The notes under the pieces are model-generated. The model was given only the letters and a program-made list of their open reading frames with translations. It had not been told where the DNA came from and made no database searches. From Eledone cirrhosa (Eukaryota), in NCBI GenBank assembly GCA_964016885.1, contig OZ024742.1, forward strand, positions 83,390,001-83,454,000: a stretch of DNA of 64,000 bases, written 5' to 3'. Each line of letters opens with the position of its first letter. Positions within the stretch are counted from its first letter, which is position 1. The position numbers and the translations under genes are program-made. Below, piece by piece: positions 55,685-64,000 of the stretch.

Positions 55685-56571
55685 CGAGGTGTGTCAGAAA
55701 CGTTCCAAGACTGATGTCACAAAAGATTTATGTCAAACCCAAAATTCACACTAACAGTTTTCTCCTTCAAAGTAATCCCCCTGGAGTATGTAACTGTAAT
55801 CTTAGCTCTCTGCAGCGATCAAAACTTTTTCTTCATAATTTTATATACATGTCCTCTGTTTCAGGTCGTCAAGCAATGAGCACAGAGCAACGAACAAACT
55901 TGAAGTTTCTGGTACGGTTGGGGAAAACTCCGTCAGAAGGACTAGGATTGCTGCAGCAAGTGTACGAAGATGAGGCGATGTCACACTCACGTGTTTTTGT
56001 GTGGTGCAAGATGACCCCAGGAGCTGAAGGCCCTCAACAACCAGGACTGAGATCAACGTTGAGAGCGTTAGGCAGATGCTGCGTAGCGATCGTCGGCTGA
56101 CTGTTCGACTGATGGCAAATGAGCTGGGCATGAATCGGGACAGCGTCTGGAAGATTCTCACTGAAGATTTGGACATGCGGAAAGTCTGCGCGAAGATGGT
56201 GCCAAAACTGCTGAACGATGACCAGAAGAGGTGACGCATGAAAGTGTGCCAGGACATCTTCGAGCGTCTTGAAAACGAACCAGACTTGCTAGGGACAGCC
56301 ATCACCGGTGCTGAGTCGTGGATCTTCGAGTACGACCCGGAGGGGAAACGTTTTGAAAATGTGGATGACATCAAAAAGGCCGTGACGTCAGAACTGCGGA
56401 GGATCCCGGAAGAATCCTTCCAGGAGTGCATTCAAGCGTGGCAGAAAAGAATGGAAAAATGCATTAGACTCCAGGGGGGATTACTTTGAAGGAGAAAACT
56501 TATAGCGTGAAGTTTGGGTTTGAAATAATTCTTTTGTGACATCAGTCCTGGAACTTTTCTGACACACCTCG
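55685..56571 (+). mobile_element. Internally deleted mariner (Tc1/mariner) transposon
   Basis: ~42-bp TIRs cgaggtgtgtcagaaa.../...tttctgacacacctcg; left TA; EQRTNLKF HTH, ITGAESWIFEYDPE, C-terminal WQKRMEKCI. Confidence 0.92.
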
Positions 56572-56686
56572 TGTTTATATATATATATACACACACACGC
56601 TCTCATGCATACACACGCATACACACATTCATGCGTACACATATATACATACATATATACACACGTACGCACATATATATATACAT

Positions 56687-56773
<87 letters not shown>

Positions 56774-56809
56774 TATATATATAAACACATTTACATACAT
56801 AGACACATA

Positions 56810-57365
56810 AACATGGTGGCTGCCAACTCGTTTTCGAGTACGGCCAGTACTTTACATCCATGTAGGAGAACCCCTACCGATGCGCTGAACGAGTGTTACT
56901 TTTTAGTCCAGCCAACGGCTTGAAAACTCTGGTACAAACACTAACTTGTGATAATTATTGACACATAGTGCTGGGCCCATGGTACCATGTGACGATAAGT
57001 GCAGAGAGATCTCCAGATATAAAGCAATGCCTGTGTCGTGAAGCTTTTATAGCGAGCAAAGGCACTGCACAAAGCCAGTCCCACTCTCTTAACCAAGATG
57101 ATATTTACCAAAAAGAAGAATTCAACATCATTGGATATCATCAGGGTTGCAGGTGTTATATCAGAGTTTTCCATCTCCTAGAATTCTGCCTTGACAAAGG
57201 CTAAGGGGTCACCTCTCCCGGTGATTTTGGATGGCCATTGACTCTTAAGGGCTCCTTTGCCCTTTGACAGGTTTTGATTTTAGTCCTGCAGGATGTCCAA
57301 AGTCACCCTCCTCACCAAAAAACCTTGGTGGGGTTGCCAGTTTAGTCGCCAACGACCCGACCATG
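56810..57365 (-). mobile_element. Possible RTE-like 5' UTR fragment
   Basis: GC-richer island with ggcgactaaactggcaacccc and ggaaaactctga motifs recalled from RTE UTRs; no ORF. Confidence 0.35.
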
Positions 57366-57410
57366 AGACAAGTTGTACACATATACATACATACATACAT
57401 ACATACACAC

Positions 57411-57449
<39 letters not shown>

Positions 57450-57455
57450 TATATT

Positions 57456-58114
57456 TTGAGAATAAACTCTCAGTCGTTTACAATAATTAAGCTCCAGGAA
57501 GGGTCTCTTCCGAGCAGTTAATACATTTAAAGTGTACGATAAACACGAAATGTGTTTACATTGCAACAGACAAAGTTAGCTATTAATGAAATAAACTAAT
57601 AAAAGTGAATACAATTTGTCTGTCTCGATATAATAATGTATTGCTCCTTTATTGTATGAGCTGATCCTTAATCCTGCATAAGCGGCTGTTATTTCTAGCA
57701 CCGTGAATGTGGGATAGCTAGTTTTGGCCTGCCTACCCACGTGTAGTCAGTCCTGCAAAATGTTTGATGTGTGATAGACTAATCTTACTGGATTCCTGTT
57801 GATAAGCACAGAAGATTTGGGTATTTCACTCTTTTATTTCTATTCCATTTCGATTCTCTTTATTTTTCAATTCACATTCCACCGTTGCGAAACTTATTTG
57901 GGTTTCGAGGTTCAAATTCGTCTACAGAACAGGTTTGAATTTTGAAATTTAAATATGTCCAGGAATCATGGCTGTTGCCAATATAATATTGTCTTTATTG
58001 ACTTATATCGAGACAGACAAATTGTATTCACTTTTATTAGTTTATTTCATTAATAGCTAACTTTGTCTGTTGCAATGTAAACACATTTCGTGGTTATCGT
58101 ACACTTTAAATGTA
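57456..58114 (+). mobile_element. HHR element preceded by an inverted copy of its 3' end
   Basis: Inverted repeat 57521-57633/58004-58114; internal HHR; ends in (TA)n. Confidence 0.82.
57791..57967 (+). ncRNA. U3-A8 variant hammerhead with extended stems II and III
   Basis: gattcctg TTGATAA gca...tgc GAAA cttattt[long G-U-rich hairpin]aaatatg TC caggaatc. Confidence 0.72.
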
Positions 58115-58200
58115 TATATATATATATAAAGAAAAAGAGATGAAATCGAAAATGCAACTGGAGTCTTATTTTTTTTTTAAATATATATATTTATTTGGTT

Positions 58201-58238
58201 CCTTTACCGGTTTCGCAGTTCTTCTGCTTTTCAAAAGG
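58201..58238 (-). ncRNA. Minimal U3-A8 hammerhead in the 3' pLTR
   Basis: cctt TTGAAAA gcag-aagaa-ctgc GAAA ccgg TA aagg. Confidence 0.82.
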
Positions 58239-59102
58239 TGAGTTGGGATGGAGGGTCTGTGGTTTTTCTCACATCTGGTTGGTCTCTGAATGTTACTTGT
58301 TTTATATGGAAAAAGTGGCTCGAAATGCCAGGTTTTTCGAGAAGTAGTTTGATTGGTTTGTCAATAATTATAATAAATTTCGCGCCAGTTCGCGTTACAA
58401 TAGTTCTTCAAATAAGAGGAGGGGTTGTCACAGGTTGTTTTTCCATATATGAGTGTTTGAATTTCTTTTTACTTGAAAAAAGGGGCTCACGAAGGCTTTT
58501 TTTTTGGTTGGTTATAAATGAAATTATTGCTGTCACGTGAACAAGTTTTCATTAAATTTTCGTGCCCTTATTTGGAAATCCATTCTGTAGCCTTTTTAGA
58601 GAATTTTATAAGTGAAAGATAATGGTCAAGAGAAATGGATGGGATAATTGTTCTGGTTCAGTGAATATGGTTAGTTCGCTGGGGTGTCAGAATTCAGATT
58701 TTCTATTGAATAAAGACAGTAAAGATATGTATGTTTATTTGTGTGCTTGTGTGTATGTGCGTGTGTGCGTTGTTTGTGTGTGTGTTTGAATTTCTTTACT
58801 TTAAAAAAAGGTGGCTCACGAAGGCTTTTTTTTAATAAACGTGATTTGATTGGTTATAAATGAAATTTGGCTGTCACGTGAACAAGTTTTCATTACATTT
58901 TTGCGCCCTTATTTGGAAATCTATTCTGTAGCCTTTATAGAGAATGTTATGACAAGGAATCTCCTAAAAAATAGTGGAAAGATAGTGGTCAAGAGAAATA
59001 GGATTGGGAAAATTGTTCTGGTTCGGTGAATATGGTTAGTTCGCTGGGGTGTCAGAGTTCAGATTTTCTATTGAAGTAAAGATATGTATGTTTATATTGT
59101 GC

Positions 59103-59191
<89 letters not shown>

Positions 59192-59469
59192 CGCGTGTGT
59201 GTGTGTATTGGAAGATGATTCTATTAGTAGAAATGGGGGAGGGAGTTGTGTGTGTGTGTATGTATGGGTGTTATGTGTGTGTGTAGGAAAATGATTCCTT
59301 TAGTAGGAATAATTTTGAATGAACATATTTTCCTTACTTATTCGTATTTGTTCTGTTGTATTGTCAGTGCAAACGTATGTTAAGGTTTATTTAGTTCGGG
59401 TTTTTATTTTCTAAAGTAGGTGTTATGTGTGTGTGTGTATGTCATATTATGGTGTTGACATAATGTATA

Positions 59470-62400
59470 TTAAACCATATTTAATGCTGGTCTATATTTT
59501 TGTATAAACATATTTTCCTTATTTATTCGTATTTGTTCTGTTGTATTGTTAGCGCAAAGGTAAAATGGGAAGACTTGGAATTTGGGTGTCTTATTAATTG
59601 CGCAAATGTCTAGATATGCACTTAGTGGTATCTGTCTCGTGGTTGGATCTCGTAATTGTTGGCGATGAACTGTCATTCTGTTTCTGAGTGTGAGTTTAGT
59701 TTGTCCTATATAATCTTCATTGCATCCTTTACATTTAATGGCATAAATTAGATTTTTTGATGAGCAAGTGAAGTGATCTTTTACAGTAAAATTTTGTCCT
59801 GATTTAAATGTATACGTGTTGCCTTCAATGAGGTGAGTGCACGTCCCACAATTAGAGCGACCACATTTTTTGATACTTGGTTGTGGGTTTGTGGTAGGTA
59901 ATTTGGCATTGGTGAGTAATGTTTTCAGTGATTTTGGTTGTCTTTTGCTTTTGATTATTTTGTGTGTTTCAAGGGCTTTTTTCATTCTTGGGTTTTGTTT
60001 TAGTAGTGGGATGTTCTTGTGAATAGTGTTGTAAGCTTCCGCATTTCTTGGGTTGTGTGTTGAGATATATGATAGAATATTGGACGTACTTGAATTTGTT
60101 TCTGTTTCCGTAATTCATCAATGCCTATTCCATTATTTATTAGTAATAGTGGGTACTCTCTCTCGAGTAGAATTTCCTTTAATTCTTGAAGTCTTTTATT
60201 TCGCGTTTCATAATTGGAGACAATTGTGCAAATTCTTCTTGCTAGGTTAAAAGGAATGTTCGTCTTCGTGTGCTTTGGATGGTTGGAGGTAAATAGCAGA
60301 TATTGTTTGGAATCTGTTGGTTTGTAGTGTATGTCAGTTTCGATATTTATGTCTTTTTTTAAGATTAAGATGTCCAGAAATGGGAGTTGATCTTGGCTGT
60401 ATTCCATTGTGAATTGGATGTGGTTATTGATGCCGTTTATTAAGTTTTTGAAATCCTTCAGTTGGTCGAGTGTGTGGGACCAAAGAATGAGGCAATCATC
60501 CAAGTAGCGTTTCCAATTCTCTGATAAATATTTGTGGAAGTTCAATCCGTATTTTGATTTGAACTGTTCATATATCTGGACTTCTAAGTATGCCATGACT
60601 AAGTTGGCATAAGTTGGAGCGGCTTTTGTACCCATCGCAGTCTCCGATATTTGCTTGTAAGTATTGCCTTCGAAATCAAAAAAGTTGTTCTGTAAGATGA
60701 ATTTTAATCCCTCGGTGATGAAGCTTTTTTCTATTCTGTCAGGTATCTCATTGGGATATTTCTCTAACCAGAATCCTATTGCTTCTAGTCCGTATTGGTG
60801 TGGGATCGTTGTGTAGAGATTCACTACATCAAAAGACACAATAATAGTGTCGTTGTTGACATGTTTGGGGAGGTGGTTTAAGAGGTCCAGATCGTCTCTT
60901 ACAAGGCTTGGTATGTGTTTCAGAATTGGTTTCAGTAGTATGTCTATAAAGTTGCTCAGTCTGGGTGTTTCACATTGTGGGCCCGCTACAATTGGTCTTA
61001 ATTTAAGGTTTGTGGGGTATTGTGTGTTCACACAGGCTGAGGTGGATTGTTTATAGGCATCGTTGATTATTTTACACTTGTGTATCTTCGGAAATCCGTA
61101 AAGGTTGCTGGTTTTGTATTCAAAATTTGTTAAATAATCGCGTTCCTTTTAGTTAGGTCTTCCTGGTATCGATAAATCAGTGTGTTTAATCTGGTTATTA
61201 TTTTTGATTGCTGGTAGTTTTTTATTCTTTCATAGTAATTAGTATTTTGTAAGAGAGAGAACATAGAATGTTTATATTTTTCAGCCTCCATAATGACAAC
61301 ACACTTCCCTTGTCCGCTTCCTTAATTATAATGTCCGTATTGTTTTTTAGTTCGTGGATAATCTCCCATTCCCTTCTACTCGTGTGGAAGGTAGCTATGT
61401 GGTCACAAAATTTGTCCAGAACACTGTTTCTACCTTTTGTTGGGTTGTAGTTGCTTTTATTCCGTACAATTGATTCGTCGTTATTCTCCTTGTCAAAGAA
61501 TTCCTCTGTGAGACGTAATTTTCTACAGAAGTGTGAGATATCGTCATTTATCTCATTGGGGTTAGAGTATTGTGGTGTTGGTGTGAATTTCAGTCCTTTG
61601 GAGAGAATTTTTACTTGTTACGCTGAGAGGTTTGTATTTGAAAGGTTAATTATTTTCGGTTTTTCAAAATCGGTTTGTGCCACCGGGTGTCGTGAGTCCT
61701 GTAGCCTTGGTCTAAAAAATGATTTTTCTGGAATGTTTTTTCAATGGTATTATTATATCTAATGGTATTTCCCCTGTTGTTGTGTGGTCTTGTATAGAAG
61801 TTTCGGACGTATTGAGGTTCGGTTTGTTGATAGTCTGGGTTGTAGATTTTGTTCCTTTGTGTGGGTTTGGATCTACGGTTTTGGAACAGGCTCTGTGTGG
61901 GCAGGGGTCTACGGTTTTGGAATAGGTTTTGTGTGGGTTGTGATCTGCGGATCAGGTCCTGCCTTGTGTTCGGGGATCTTTGGTTTTTGTTAGTAGGGTT
62001 ATAGTTTTGTCTATGGTTTCTGGGATTATCGTTATAGTTTTGCTGGGGGTATGTTGGACGTTTTGTTACTTTTTTTGTTATTTGTTGTGCATGTGGTGTG
62101 TGAGTTTTAGTTTGTTTTAAAAATGGGTTACCTGTATGTTGTTCATTTTTGAAGTCCATTTCGTAGTTGTTGAAGAAGGTGGCGTTTTTTTCCTATCGCT
62201 AGAGGGATGTTAGTTCTTCATCCTCACAGTTTTCTTTCCAAAGTTTTAGGGGTTTTTTGTAGAGTAGGCCTTCAGAGTGCTTTGGGATTTCTGTGTCCAT
62301 CTGTTGGTCGAGTGACTTGAATTTTTCTTCGTTGGAGTTGGCTCTTAATCGCAACAGTTCTATTTCTGTTTTAAATTTTTTCAACGCCATCTTTTCCCTA

Positions 62401-62510
62401 AGTCTTTGTTGGTTTTCTGGTTCATTCGGGATGGGTTTTATTTGGAGTTTTTGGGGGAGGATGATTGGGGTAGAGTTTAGCCACTTTTCATATATGTCTG
62501 CCTTGCAATT
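59470..62510 (-). pseudogene. Neptune-like PLE polyprotein, frameshifted
   Basis: LRPIV, SFDVVNLYT, TAMGTKAAP, RYLDD, LPFLD, SNHP, GIY-YIG in ORFs 60000-61031 and 59470-59985; N-terminal pieces up to ~62510. Confidence 0.92.
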
Positions 62511-62717
62511 ATTTTTTAGGAGATTCCTTGTCATAACATTCTCTATAAAGGCTACAGAATAGATTTCCAAATAAGGGCGCAAAAATGTAATGAAAACTTG
62601 TTCACGTGACAGCCAAATTTCATTCATAACCAATCAAATCACGTTTATTAAAAAAAAGCCTTCGTGAGCCACCTTTTTTTAAGTAAAGAACTTCAAATAC
62701 ACACACACACAACACAC

Positions 62718-62801
<84 letters not shown>

Positions 62802-63334
62802 GCACACACAAGCACACAAATAAACATACATATCTTTACTGTCTTTATTCAGTAGAAAATCTGAATTCTGACACCCCAGCGAACTAACCATATTCACTGA
62901 ACCAGAACAATTCTCCCATCCATTTCTCTTGACCATTATATTTCACTTATCATAAAATTCTCTAAAAAGGCTACAGAATGGATTTCCAAATAAGGGCACG
63001 AAAATTTAATGAAAACTTGTTCACGTGACAGCAATAATTTCATTTATAACCAACCAGAAAAAAAGCCATCGTGAGCCCCTTTTTTCAAGTAAAAAAGAAA
63101 TTCAAACACTCATATGGAAAAATAACCTGTGACAACCCCTCCCCCCCCCACCCCTCTTATTTGAAGAACTATTGTAACGCGAACTGGCCCGAAATTTATT
63201 ATAATTATTGACAAACCAATCAAAATTACTACTCGAAAAACCTGGCATTTCGAGCCACTTTTTCCATATAAAACAAGTAACATTCAGAGACCAACCAGAT
63301 GTGAGAAAAACCACAGACCCTCCATCTCAACTCA

Positions 63335-63372
63335 CCTTTTGAAAAGCAGAAGAACTGCGAAACCGGTAAAGG
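63335..63372 (+). ncRNA. Minimal U3-A8 hammerhead in the inverted pLTR
   Basis: Identical to the reverse complement of 58201-58238. Confidence 0.82.
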
Positions 63373-63503
63373 AACCAAATAAATATATATATTTTTTAAA
63401 AAAATAAGACTCCAGTTGCATTTTCGATTTCATCTCTTTTTCTTTATACTTTCACTCGTGTAGGACACCTCGGTTATTTTTCAATTTGTAAAAAAAACCT
63501 CAC

Positions 63504-63641
<138 letters not shown>

Positions 63642-63659
63642 CTGTATATATACATATAC

Positions 63660-64000
63660 CCGTATGTATATATATGTTTATATGTTTGTATATATGTATG
63701 TGTGTATGTACCATTATGTATGTTTGTTGTGCGTCTGCCTGCCTGTGTGTGCGTGCATGTATGTGTGTGTACGTGTGTAAGTGGGCGCGTGTGTGAATGT
63801 GCTTGTCGACACCTGGAATATATATTAAGAGAAACTTCACAATAAGGAGAATCTCGCCAACACTTGAATCTGTTGATCGAACCCTTTCTGCCTTTGTCAA
63901 CCTTATTTCAGCCTTAAAGAATTTCCCTTTTCTTTAAACCAATGAACCCCACCCATCCTGTAGTCTAAGTGATAAACTTGTATTTGTATTCCAAATTATA
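63660..64000 (+). mobile_element. Family A copy cut by the window edge
   Basis: Similar to the reverse complement of 53375-53720. Confidence 0.8.

Overview
AT-rich, microsatellite-saturated animal DNA. The repeated SINE body suggests an octopus-like cephalopod (inference). No host exon is recognisable; most listed ORFs are artefacts of (TA)n/(CA)n/(AAT)n tracts. The window is a nest of retroelements: four Penelope-like elements (PLEs; two Naiad-like, one Neptune-like, one other), a near-intact R4/Dong-type RLE LINE (1128-aa ORF) with two decayed relatives, three Tx1-type LINEs, CR1- and RTE-like fragments, a deleted mariner and SINEs. The main hidden signal, found by hand-folding, is about 20 type-I hammerhead ribozyme (HHR) motifs from many unrelated families, about 11 with intact catalytic cores. 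Most lie in short non-coding elements inserted in (TA)n. These often form fold-back palindromes with the ribozymes pointing outward, copying the inverted-pLTR layout of the Neptune-like PLE. One ~1.3-kb palindrome of a 539-bp HHR monomer has its axis exactly on the ribozyme's stem-II apical hairpin. Several HHRs carry U3-A8 core covariation, non-canonical 10.1-11.1 pairs or large stem-II/III insertions. All structures and most boundaries were read by eye and are approximate.
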